Part shown: positions 51,723 through 64,000 of the stretch, piece after piece
How positions within the stretch are numbered: position 1 is the stretch's first letter
How the letters are laid out: the number at the start of each line of letters is the position of its first letter
From: Felis catus
Lineage: Eukaryota
Direction of reading: 5' to 3'
Assembly (NCBI RefSeq): GCF_018350175.1
Contig: NC_058368.1
Location: 61,568,001-61,632,000 of the forward strand
Length of the DNA stretch: 64,000 nucleotides
Program-made: the position numbers and the translations under genes
Notes under the pieces: model-generated
The model's input: the letters and a program-made list of their open reading frames with translations, nothing else
Databases searched by the model: none
What the model was told of the DNA's origin: nothing

Positions 51723-54234
51723 ATCCATGATTTGTTTCATTTTGTTTTGTTTGTCTCTGGAATAGACAACAGTAAAACAAAAGAATTCAGCCTACAGTTG
51801 TATAGGTAGAATAAGTATAATCCTATCTGACATAAGAAGGTCAGAATCAATATTTTTCTGTACTTGGATTTCTTAGTCATGTATGTAATTATATATTTTA
51901 TTTGCATTATACTTGAAAAGTGGCTCCCTAGAAAGTATGCATTTTCTTTAAAAAATAGAGTTAAAATTAGAATTAATAGCACAATTGTGTGAATTAATTA
52001 TACATCTGGTATATGATAGACCTTTTTATTACTGGAGTTATAAACTATTAACATTGTCCATTTACCAAAAGGAAATATTTAATTCGTTAAGCACATTCAA
52101 GTACCCTCTTTGGATTTGTTTTTTCTGGGGTTTTTTTTGGTTTTTGAAAGAATGTATACATTTTATACCATAGGCTTTATTAAATACTAAAAAAATGAAA
52201 TCAGAATTTTTGTTTTGAAAATATTTTATATAATCAGATATAAAATATTTTCAAAAATATGAAAAAAATAAACAATTTGAACAGAACAAGATATTATAGA
52301 CATATATTATTTAAGATCATATACCCTAAGCCAAAATCAGTTATAAATTATAAGCTTAGTAGCTATGAATTGGAAACTGAGGAATTATAAGAGTTAAATA
52401 ATGAGGAATTTGTATTCACATTTCTCTGAATTAATGATCATGTAGTTTCAGATACAAGAGTAATATATGCTCTAATCAGAGAATCTTAATTCAGTATTTG
52501 AAGTCGTTGGCATTTAAACATTTTGAACCGACTAAATATAGCCTAGTCATAAGACAGTTACTCTATAGCAAAGCGTCCTGCTTGGGTCAGAACTGAGGTA
52601 CTGTTCAGGCTGAGTGGTGTTAGGCAACACTGCCCCCTAGAGGTTTTCTGAATATTCCCAGTAGACAAGGATCCTACATGTTAAGAAGGGCTGAAGAAAT
52701 TTCTTAACGGCTAAACAATGTTACGGAACATAACAAATGGGTATGGGCCCACTTCATTTCAAGTGACGTGTATGAGACCTGAGAAACCTAGGTAAAATGA
52801 AATGGAAATCTATCAACAACTGGAGTTCAGACATGAACTGACAAGTCTGTGGTCCTAAGCTCTGATGAAAGTTGGGCCAGGTTTGCATGTCAGAGGAAGT
52901 AGTTTCCTCATTGTGTGGAACTGGCCTTGGAAATCACTCCACCCCAGCACTCTCTGTAAACACTGTACTCTGTAGGGATAAAGACTATTCCATACAGGAA
53001 AAAGTTGTTTAACCATCAGCATTTGTAACTGTGATGCTGAACTTTGTCTGAAGGGGCAGATTATCAGAATGTGGAAGGTGACTTATCAGTATTCAAGACC
53101 AAAGTGCATCAGAGATCAGTGATGGAGAAGAGGCTAAGTGTCATTCAGGAAGGAACTTGTTCATAGAGGAGAGGAGGCGCACAGTGGAGAAGGCTCTCAG
53201 CATCACAGCAATGATTTTGTAACTGGGTTTCATGAATGGATGGTGATTTCCCAGGAATTCTAAATAGTTGGTGAATCCAGTAGAATACAGACTCTAGTTA
53301 CATAAAATAGAGAAGGTTAAAACTGCTGAATTCAGAACAATACACAAAATTAGAGGAGAAATCTGTATCTGCTAGTCAATGGCGGAAAGAAAGGAAATCA
53401 TCTAGCCCGTCAGAAGTACTACCGGAATTATTATATGTCCATTAGAACCACACTGAGAGGTGGGAAATGTATACCTTCTTATCCATTTTTTTTAACATGT
53501 ACCCTCTAAGTGTTTCCTACATATGAGGCCTCAAAAGTCAAGCAGCCAGATAGATTACTTGCCCTTAGTCACATATTTAAGTAAATATATTTAACTTGCC
53601 GAATATTGTTAGTGTTTGCAGTGAATGAACGTGGTACTGTGATGTTTTGTTACCTCATAGAAGTTATATTTTATTCTGAGACCTAAGAATATGAAAGCTG
53701 AACCAGGCAAAGGCAGATGCGAAAACAATGACCTAAATATGAGAAACAATCAGAAGTTTTCTAAGAAGTGACAGAGGATCAGTGAGATGGGACAGTTAAT
53801 AAAGATGGGACAGTTAATAAAGCGTTGGTCAGCTTTGCTGAAGCAGCAACTACAAACTCAAATTGGGGTATTGAAGTAAGTTTTTTTAATATGGAATTGA
53901 AGGAGGCAATAGATTGAAAAAAAATAATTGTGTCTGCCAAAGGTGGAGAAGATGACATATGAATACTTGAAAATTGAGGCAAATAATATTTCTTTGAAGC
54001 CATGGGAAGATATTACAGTTGAAAACCAATGAAGGATATTACAGAACACAATGTATGATATCATTCATATCATAAAATAATAAGACAAACTATATTATGG
54101 AGATTATATTACAGTGAGGCAAGGAGAATATTGGAATAATTTGTTAGGAAATTATTACAGCCCCCAAAACCAAGGCAGCTTGAACTAGGCTCGTGGGGTT
54201 AGAAAGTAGCAGATAGGTCAAAATATATTTACAA

Positions 54235-54628
54235 AGGTAAATATAAATATATATGCAATATATATATTTATATTTACATAATTTATATTTATATATTAAT
54301 ATGTATTAATTATATAATACATTAAATTATATACTATATATAATTTAACATATTTAATTATATTATGTATGATGACTATATTGTTACTAAATATATTCAT
54401 ATATATTCAGTTACAAATATATTTAGTATATATTTTACATATATTGTAACATGTAATATAGTAATATATAATAAATATATAATATATAATTATATATTAT
54501 AATATAAAACATATTATGTCATATATTTATTTATATAAAACATAAATATATTAAAATATATCATTAAATCATAATGTATAATATATTAAATATAATAAAT
54601 ATTATATTTATTTATAATATGTAAATAT
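54235..54628. repeat. Extremely AT-rich low-complexity tract
   Basis: Direct; degenerate TA/TAA/ATT repeats. Confidence 0.9.
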
Positions 54629-54988
54629 TGGGAACTATAGGTTTAGTTACTTCCCAAAATAGTCATAATCTTGGCCCTTAAAAAAATAAAGGAAAAAAGA
54701 AAAGAAATTGAACACAGCAATTAATTAAATTATTAAAGACATTAATTAAATTATTAATAGGAAATATATAGCAGCTCATTTATGATCAGTATTCCTTTCT
54801 ATTAACTGTTTCATCATTCAGTAATAATAGCCATAATGTAAACTTAACTTTCTATAAAATAAGGGAGAAAAAAAATCTACGAAATACAGCTATGATTGGT
54901 TTGAAATAAAGATAATTCTTCAACTAAACACTTGACATCATTTCTCAGCATTATGGCCTACATTTCTCTTTAAAATAAATATTTGATT

Positions 54989-55186
54989 GGAGTGCCTGGG
55001 TGGCTCAGTTGAGTGTCTGACTCTTCATTTCAGCTCAGGTCATGATCTCACAGTTTTGTTGAGTTCAAGGCCCACGTGGGGCTCTGCTCTGGCATCGTGG
55101 AGCCTGCTTAGGATTCTCTCCCTCTCTCTCTTCCCCTCTCCCACTCGCACTGTCTCTCTCAAAATAAGTAAATTAAAAAAAACTTT
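54989..55186 (+). mobile_element. Can-SINE
   Basis: 17-bp TSD aaaa(t/c)aaatatttgatt. Confidence 0.94.
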
Positions 55187-56715
55187 AAAACAAATATTTG
55201 ATTTAGCAATGTCTACATTCATATAATCTTGGTTTTGTAAAGGTCAAATGCTGTCCTAAAAAATTCCTTCATTTGGATGATCAAGCTTCACATTAACAGC
55301 AATGTCATGTTGGTGTATACATCCATAATAAGGTATGATAAAAAATTAAGTAGAAATAAAATTACTAGAACAGAATAGGAGGTTATTGAATTAGGAAAAT
55401 GGCCACTGTTGAACAATGGCAAATGCCTGAAAGAAAAAATAATATAAATTAAGAATTAATATGTTTCTTCATAGCAAACCATGTTAATTTGGGGAATTAA
55501 AAAGTCTAATCATCAGACTTACTGTGAAAATTTAAATTAGTGTTCCATTTCAGTCTTACCTAAATGTATGTTTTCTGAAAAATCACAATATCAGAATTTT
55601 GGAAGAGGGTACTTTTTGAAACTATGCCTTACTTTGAAAGACCTCTGAGAAAACAGCGAATTAAGGAAAAGAAAGCAGTGAGTGTGTTGTGCAAACTTTT
55701 CTGCCATACTTGTATGAATGCGTCTTTCCCAGATTAGGATTCCCCACTTCGTAGGTGTGTTTGGTTGCTTAGTGTCCTTTGAATACAACATGTGTTCACC
55801 AACACCATGAATGTTTTGGTTCTCTGTGCTGAGAGGATGGGAAGAATTGTGGTTAATATTTAAGAGAAAGTCTTTCACTAACAATGTGAAACTTTGAGCA
55901 TCTACGTTTTGTTGTTGTTGTTAAAGAGGAATGGTTAAATAATTGCTTATTTTTCCTCATTTCCAAGCCCACCTAAAGTGACCATAAAGTAATGAAAAAC
56001 ACCCATAAAGAAAATGAGAGAGAGAGAGGAAGAGAGAGACACCAAAGAAAAGACTTGTTAAACAGGGAGTGGGTAAACAAGTCGTTGCACCTGAGTTAAC
56101 AGGAAAAAAAAAAAAAAAAGAAAGCTGAAATTCAAATACCTGCAGAAGAGTGGAAAACAAATAGATATCAGACCCACTGCTATTGAAATATACTAGAAAA
56201 ATCTAAAAAATCAAAGTTTTCAAGTCTTTCTAAATCTGGGGTCCCTTTTGTCACTGAAAACAAGAAGACTTACTGAAATTCTTTATAAAAAAAACCTAAA
56301 CTTCTTTATTCTATTACCTAAGCTCTGGCTAAAGGCAGGTCTGCAGTAAATTAGGGCGGTCTCAGTTTGTAGAATTGCCCTTACTTTTCCAATGTCCACT
56401 AGTTCATCTAACTCAAGGAGTTACCAGGTGCAGCTGAGGATGACAGTGACAGAGATTAATGAAAACTTAGCAGTAAGTGACAGTTCAGTCAATTTACTCA
56501 AGTCTAAAACCCCAAATTCCTTCCAATATTTTGTTCCTTATTCATGGTAGAATTTACATATCCCAAGTATGAGACTGGGAAATTCCTTGCTTCATAAATC
56601 TGCACTATCTAAAGGAGGAGAGATTTAAAGGAATACTGATAGTTGGGATTCAAAGTCAGGACAGTTGGAGGTTACTGTTCCCACAGAAATGGAAATGCCT
56701 GGTCTCTTTCCAATA

Positions 56716-56858
56716 TTTATTTATTTATTTTAAATTTTATTAAGTTTTTAATTTTAATTCAAGTATAGTGAACACACAGTGTTATATTAGTTTTGGGTGT
56801 AGAATATAACGATTCAACAATTCTGTATATTACTCAGTGCTCATCAGGATAAGTGAAC
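56716..56858 (-). mobile_element. Very short carnivore L1 3' end
   Basis: ttttaattcaagtatagtgaacacacagtgttatattag...tactcagtgctcatc, homologous to 5420-5525. Confidence 0.85.
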
Positions 56859-57864
56859 ATAATATTTTAATTTTCCTAAGTGTCAGAAAATTGTGCCAAG
56901 GGAATGCTATAAATTGTATCCTTCTTTTCCAGCCTTGATACAGCATCTTAGCCAATCATTGGGCAAGTATTTTCTCTTTGATGGTCAATAAATGATATAA
57001 AAATATTAGCAAATCTCCTTGTGATGTTTCAGTGATATAATTAGTGAAAATCCATCCATTTTTATTTGATTCCTTCCATATCCCAGAATCTGGACTAGGC
57101 TCTTCATGTACATTGGTTATTAACTCACAATAACATTAGCTCACAATAACTTCATTAGGTAGATCTTATTATGCACAATTTATAGAATTGAATTTAAGTG
57201 TCTGATCCAGAGTAAGCATTCAAAGGAGACTATCTAACTTTTTATAAACTTAAAAAAATAGAATAAGTTTAAGCTTACAAAAATGTTACATATGTATAGA
57301 GATTTCCCATATACCCACACTCAGTTTCCCATACTGTTGATATCTTACATTAGTATGGCCCATATGTCAGAATTAATGAACCACTATTGATACATTATTT
57401 ACTAGGTCCACACTTCCTTCAAATTTCCTTAGTTTTCACCTAATGTCCTTTTACTTTTCTGGGATTCCATTCAATTTACCACAATACATTCTACTAGTCA
57501 GATGTCCTTAGGCTACTCTTGGCCTTGAGTTTCTCAGACTCCGACAGTTTGACAGTTGACTCTTTGACAGTCTGGAGGAATACTGGTGAGATATTTTGTA
57601 GAATGTTCCACAATTGAGGTTTGTCTGCTGTTGTTTCCTCTCAAGATTATACTGAGGTTGTGAGTATTTAGGAAGAATATCCCAGAGATAAAGTGCCATT
57701 TTTGTCACATCTTATCATGGCCTACAGATTATCAATGTGACTTATCACTATTGATATTAAGCTTCATCACCTGGTAGTTTTTTTTTTTTTTTTTTTAGAT
57801 TTACCTGCAGTAAATTTACGTGTTTTCTCACCTTTTCATACTTTATTCTTTAAAAAGAAGTCAA

Positions 57865-58083
57865 GGGGTGCCTGGGTGGCTCAGTCGGTTAAGTGTCCGA
57901 CTTCAGCTCAGGTCATGATCTCGTGGTCCGTGAGTTTGAGCCCCACGTCGGGCTCTGGGCTGATGGCTCAGAGCCTGGAGCCTGCTTCCAATTCTGTGTC
58001 TCCCTCTCTCTCTGCCCCTCCCTCATTCATGCTCTGTCTCTCTCTGTCTCAAAAATAAATAAACGTTAAAAAAAAATTTTTTT
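57865..58083 (+). mobile_element. Feline Can-SINE
   Basis: TSD aaagaagtcaa at 57854-57864 and 58084-58094. Confidence 0.96.
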
Positions 58084-58355
58084 AAAGAAGTCAATATGTA
58101 CATCCCGCACTTAAGGGATAGAGAATAATACTTCTCAACCTCAAGGATTTATATAAATTAAGTAGAAATCTTCTGCATTTGAAATGTGTCTGTTCTTCTC
58201 ATTTATTTAATAAATATTTTATTTATATCACTATTACTTGAGGATATTTATTTTATAAATTGGACTATAATCCAATAGGACTTTATTCAGTTTGTTGCTG
58301 AAAATCTCCAGATTCGCTATTGAAAGCTGGTTCATTTAGTTGTTATGCCCCTTTG

Positions 58356-58358
<3 letters not shown>

Positions 58359-58390
<32 letters not shown>
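58359..58390. repeat. (TG)n microsatellite
   Basis: Direct. Confidence 0.95.
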
Positions 58391-58391
<1 letters not shown>

Positions 58392-59100
58392 ACTAACCAG
58401 TCTCAATACACATAGCTATAAATATTTTTATATCCATCTTTATATTAAGCAAAACCTGCATGCATACTGATGTCTTCAGCTCTAATGCATCCTTCTAGTC
58501 GATCTGTAACCTCCCATTGTAGCAGTGAGAAACAAGAATTCCATCATCCGAGTGCGAACAAATAGAGTCAAGGTAGTAGAGACCTCACTCACATCTTGTA
58601 TGTGCCAATCATAAGGGATTGCAATACTTGACAGTTGATGCAACTTCCACATTCAGTCTTGGTGTGGGGGGTAAGGAGCAGTATCAGTGGGGAAGGTCAA
58701 GTAGAAGTCTGTGAAACCACTTTCCCACCAGCCAAGATACTAAATCAAAAATAATATTACATTACTTTAGGGCAGAGAGAATGGAGGGAGAGGTTGAGGT
58801 AAGTGCCATCCTTAAGGATCTAAAGGATACAAGAGTGGTGATCTACATCATATTTCTAATTGATCCACTATTCTGAAACCTGGGAAAATGAATGGATGTT
58901 GGAGGATGACTGCAAGTTACTATAAATATAAATTAGCCTTAATGGTAGCCCCCATGCCAGATGTTGTATTTTCAGTAGAGCAAATTAATGTGGCCTCAGG
59001 TAAATGGTATGCAATCATCAATCTGGTAGAAATGTTATTTTCTATCCCAATCTGAAACAATTCAGGCTCACATGGAACCGACAATAATATATATGTATAT

Positions 59101-59310
59101 TAGAATTGTCAAACTATGGTCAGAAGGTCCAATTTGGCCTATTTTTGTACAGACTCAGAGCTAAAAATGTTTTGCAATTTTAAAGGTTGGAGAAGAAGGA
59201 GGAAGTGGAGGAGAAACAAGGGGATGAAAAGGAAATGACAGAGACTATCCGTAGCCTGCAAAACCTAAAATGTCCTCTAATCACTTACAGAAAATATTTG
59301 CTGACCCTTG
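59101..59310. mobile_element. MER58-like hAT MITE inserted in ERVL RT
   Basis: gtcaaactatgg ... tttgctgacccttg ends; 8-bp TSD atgtatat/atttatat. Confidence 0.8.
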
Positions 59311-60361
59311 ATTTATATTAAGGCAATTAGGGCATATCACAGAATATAATATTAGTCTGTTACATCTATGACATTATGTTCATTGGGTCAAATAAGCAAG
59401 AAGTGGCTACCATTTGGAGGCCTTCATATATCACATATGTTCTGGAAGGTAATAGATAAAGCCTGTGGATTTTTTTTTCTTTAATTTTCAGGCATCAAGA
59501 GTGTAGTTTTTACTATGACTTCCTCTCCAAAGTGAAAGATAAATTATTGAATCTTACCACTCTTACCTTATCTGAGGAAGCATGATGCATGGTGGGCCTC
59601 TTCAGGTTTGGAGGCTGCATATTACACATCTAGGAATAGCACTCCAGGCCATAAATACATTTAAGCTCCCAGCTTTGAATGGCACTATGATGCTGAAATG
59701 ACTCTTGAACAGGTACAGGCTGTGAGGCAAATGGTCCTGCCACTGGAGTCATACGATACAGCAGACTTTATGCTCTTGAAGTTACCAGTGGTGGGGAAAG
59801 GTGCCATGTAGTATTGGCAGCAAGTCCTAGTGAAAAATCACAACAATGTCCCAAGAGTTACAAAGCAAGGACATGCCATCAACAAAGAATTATAAAGCTT
59901 TTGAAAAATAACTCCTGATCCACTCCTGGGCACTGATCATTAGATTATTATCTAATTATTATCCAATAAGTGACTCTGTGACTAGAACAATCAGGAGGTG
60001 AGCTTTATCATATCTACCAAGTCATAAAGCTGTGTTGGCACAGGAAATACCCCACTTAAGGTGATAGTGGCATATTCAGAATCTTCACAAGAAAGACCAA
60101 AAGGCATAATAATCCTGCAGGAGGATGTAATTCAGACTCCCATCTTATCCCCACTAGTAGCCTCTCTCAACTCATGACTCTTTCTGTGTTGGCCATCATA
60201 CACAGCTAAATGAAGAAGTAGGGAAAACTTGCAGTTACTGATGGGTCATCTCAGCATGTGGGTAAAGGCAAAAATAAAGGAGTGGCCTTGAAAGATAGTG
60301 GTGATTGAAAAGACTGCCCAGGGACCAATTTTCAGTCAGGGTACCTATTCATCCATTTTTT

Positions 60362-60858
60362 TTTCTGTTTTTATTTTTTATTTATTTTTTTTCAATATAT
60401 GAAATTTATCGTCAAATTGGTTTCCATACAACACCCAGTGCTCATCCCAAAAGGTGCCCTCCTCAATACCAATCACCCACCCTCCCCTCCCTCCCACCTC
60501 CCATCAACCCTCAGTTTGTTCTCAGTTTTCAACAGTCTCTTATGCTTTGGCTGTCTCCCACTCTAACCTCTTTTTTTTTTCCCCTTCCCCTCCCCCATGG
60601 GTTTCTGTTAAGTTTCTCAGGATCCACATAAGAGTGAAAACATATGGTATCTGTCTTTCTCTGTATGGCTTATTTCACTTAGCATCACACTCTCCAGTTC
60701 CATCCACGTTGCTACGAAGGGCCATATTTCGTTCTTTCTCATTGTCATGTAGTACTCCATTGTGTATATAAACCACAATTTCTTTATCCATTCATCAGTT
60801 GATTTGTACCCCAATGTTTATAGCAGCACTCTCAACAATAGCCAAATTATGGAAAGAG
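60362..60858 (-). mobile_element. Young felid L1, 5'-truncated with 5' inversion
   Basis: Poly-T, antisense 3'UTR and ORF2 end to 60803, then sense segment 60804-60858; perfect TSD cctattcatccatttttt. Confidence 0.96.
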
Positions 60859-62458
60859 CCTATTCATCCATTTTTTATGGAAAAAAACTGTCCTGAGATT
60901 AGAATACATATAGATTGATGGCCAGTGGATAATGGTCTAGCCAATTTCTCAGTATTCTTTAAGATGAATGAGTGGAATATTGAACAAGAGAGTCTTGAGT
61001 AGAAGCTTATAGAAGAACATGTGGGAAGTGCATGTAGTAAAACATTTGTACTACTTATTAACATGCATCAGATGTTATGGAGAATATACCATGGAGGAAG
61101 TACTAAACACCTAAATAGACAAAGTAACCTGGTTTGTTGGCATTAATCAGTCTCTATCATGGGCTACCTCAATGCTGGCATGATAAACAAAGAACAAAGA
61201 AGTCATTGTGACAGAGATGGAAACTACTCATTTGAAAAACAGCATGGACTCAGTGATGTATCTACTATTATTGCTGATTGTCTAATCTGCCAGCAAAAAA
61301 GAACAATGTCCATGATATGGTAACATGGGTTTGAAGAGATCAATAGCCACTTAATGGCAAGTTGAGTACATTGGTCACCTTGTACTGTGAAAGGACCACA
61401 AATTTCTTCTCATAGGAACACATATTTTATGGGTATCAGTTTGCCTTTCCTGACTAAAGAACCTCAACTAACATCACCACATCAGGAATTAGTGCTTACT
61501 AACCTATTAGCAAGGGGTACCACATAATCAGATCAGTGGATCCACTACATAGTAATTGGAAGTGAGAGTATCTTATGGCTGAAACGTACTAAATGAATCC
61601 ACACCATGTAGAAGCTGATAAGAGTGCTGAACTGGCTCTGGAAGGCACAGATAAATTCCAGCTCAGAGCCAGTACTCAGCTAGGATATGCTGCCATTCTC
61701 CAGGATGCAGTTCATGTATTAAACCAAAGATTGCTCTACAGTATTGTGTCCCAAACAGGAAGTATGCATGGTCTGGGAACCAAGGGGCAGAAGCAGGAAT
61801 GGGTGCACTTACAACAATTTCCAGTAACTCACCGGGGGATTTTCTGTTTTCCATTTGCACAATTTTGGGAGCTGCAAGTTTATAGGTTCTTGTGCTAGGA
61901 GAGAAACTTTAAGTCCCACTGAATTATAAGCTACATCGGATCCCTGGGCATTTAGGACTTTGATTCCAGCAACCTGCAGGAAGGAAGAAGTATGAATGTA
62001 TTGGAAGGAATAATTTGCCCTGATCATCAATAGATGACAAGGCTGCTGTTGCATATTGGGGGCAGGGAGTAATCCTTGTGGCACCCAAGGTATCTATTGG
62101 AATTGACCCTTATACTTACTTGACCAATTGTGACTTGTGAAAGGACATGTGCAGCAAACTTAGCCTTAGAAGGGCCCGTGTACTGGATGTTCAAGCTGTG
62201 TATGTATAAATTTGGGTCATACCACTACAGAAACCACCAAGATGGGCAGAGGCTAGGTGGATAGAAAATAGATAGTTGAGGAGGAGAGATGAATATCCAT
62301 TGTGATTGAGATCTTGGCAGTTTAGGGCAGTAGGTCCCATTAGTCTCCCACTTCTAAGTGTGTGTTCATGAAGACAGGCCCAGGGAATCCTGGAAGGCTT
62401 ACTGAATATACTCAAAATATATGGGAAATATGGGAAGGTGACAGAGAGGGACAGACGG

Positions 62459-62740
62459 TGTTTCTGACTGATATCTCCTACAAGGGAGAATGTGCTGCTC
62501 ACCTAAGGGATTGAATTCAGCAGGCAGCCTCCAGTGTTCAGGTTCTGAGAATGCACCTCAATGTGGAGCCTCTTGCTCTATGACATACCCTTTCTAGGGC
62601 AATTTACAAATGGTGACGGAGTAAGATATAGGTGTAAAGCTGAGCAGTTTAGAATAGCTGACTTGAGAACTGTAGGCAGGAATGACTGAGGCTACACTGA
62701 GTGGGCCTCCCAGCTCAGGTTCTTACTATGCCCAGTGCTA
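62459..62740 (+). mobile_element. LTR16A-like 3' LTR of the ERVL remnant
   Basis: Follows a purine-rich PPT-like acagagagggacaga; gcaggcagcctccag...ggtgtaaag...gactgaggct motifs. Confidence 0.55.
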
Positions 62741-64000
62741 TTTATTGTGTAATTTCTGCATAGGACCAAGGATTTTTTTTTAATTAAGCTCATGTTACCA
62801 AAGTCTTAAAATAGAGGCAAATATTTGAATTTTGTCAAGTAACATAATGATTTTGGTTATGCTCATATTTGGTTAATATACAACTCTGTTAATTTTGGTT
62901 GGAGAACATGGATGACTTTTTTGACAACTGTCAAATGAATTAAGGGAACAGTTTCACGCATTTCAAAATCTCTGGGGGCTTCATTAATAAAACAGCTCTG
63001 TATAGTTGAATTTTCCAGTTTATTATTCCTAAATGAATTAATAGGAGTTAGGAAAATGAGTATAAATAATCCATTGGATTAAATGCTAGAAGGTTCAAGT
63101 TGCAGAAGAATTATGTCCTTCAGGAGGAGGCACCATCATTAGCTCTGTCATTCTAAAAAGAGGGGGGAATGGGTTTCCAATGATATAACTAGGATAAGTC
63201 ATTGGGAGGAAGGTGTATGGTGGGAGGAACACACCAACATATACATGTCGGGGAAAATGTTCTCTCTTTCCATTAATAGTCTTTCTCTTATATTATCTCA
63301 TCTTGCTTGTCTTCTTGATGAAAGGATTAACAATTAGAAAGCAGAGATTATGATCTGGGCACGGAGGAGGGCCACTAAATAGACCACTTGCTCTTCTCTA
63401 AGTACACACTTTGTGACAGTTGTATACTCATAAAAAGGACTTTATGGCTATCATGCATTCCAGCCAAACCCAGGCCTTATGGCATGGAGTGTACACATTG
63501 CTTATGAACATCGAAGGCTCAACTGCAGCATGTGGCTGGATAAATAAACTAGGACCCTGGGATCCTGACTTGCTAATCAAATGTCTGCTTTATATCTCAT
63601 TCTGTCTCAAATTCTGTGTGGGAACTTTACACGGGGGAGTGCTTATTATTATGATATTCTTCCTTCTGTTTGTGATGAGGCAATAAATGCTATATTTCAA
63701 AAATATACTACTGTTTAAAGGATTTACATTATTTTGTGGAAAAGCTACAGAAATAGGGAATGAAAATATTTGCCTGGCTATCAAATTATTTGTCCAGGAC
63801 CAATAAAATATATTTAACACTTTCAATTAAAAATAAATTGAACACATATTTATATTTTTCTAATAAGTTAAAATTTCCAAAAGCTGTTGAAACCATATAG
63901 AAATATAATATGCAAACAAAATATATTTCACATAATTCAAATAAGCTTATATTATGATTAATTGAATTAAGTTCAAATTTGAATATATATGTAGTAATTG

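Larger units (their letters stand above)
57240..58548 (-). mobile_element. Old L1 (L1MC-like) 3'UTR
   Basis: ttcccatatacccacactcagtttcc...atcttacattagtatgg...gaggaatactggtgagatattttgtagaatgt. Confidence 0.85.
58560..62458 (+). mobile_element. ERVL internal region: decayed pol (RT, RNase H, integrase)
   Basis: Degenerate motifs PAKILNQK, SAILKDLKD, MPDVVFSVEQINVASGKWYA, LVCYIYDIMFIG (YIDD-derived, ~59353-59387), ICQQKR and WQVEYIG (integrase, ~61285-61375). Confidence 0.85.

Noticed and set aside
54719..54758. Duplicated attaattaaattattaa
   Set aside because: Low-complexity AT sequence; uninformative

Overview
This is AT-rich mammalian DNA from a cat-family (felid/feliform) genome. The lineage call rests on about 23 tRNA-derived Can-SINE copies of the feline type and on felid-type L1 3' ends. 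I can support no host protein-coding exon, RNA gene or CRISPR array. The window reads as an intergenic or deep-intronic stretch made mostly of layered transposable elements: L2, MIR, old L1M, HAL1, carnivore and felid L1, ERVL/MaLR/ERV1 LTRs, two ERVL proviral remnants, hAT MITEs and Tigger elements. The most notable structure is a decayed L1 with an intact 5' end (20093-25606). Its target-site duplication encloses an extra 151 bp of non-L1 sequence upstream, which looks like a 5' transduction ending in the donor locus' own integration site. Its 5'UTR is short and CpG-poor and may be spliced. Also notable are an internally deleted Tigger transposase remnant, two twin-primed (5'-inverted) L1 insertions and multi-tier nested insertions. 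Repeat subfamily names come from my recall of consensus sequences, not from a database search, and the boundaries of old elements are approximate.
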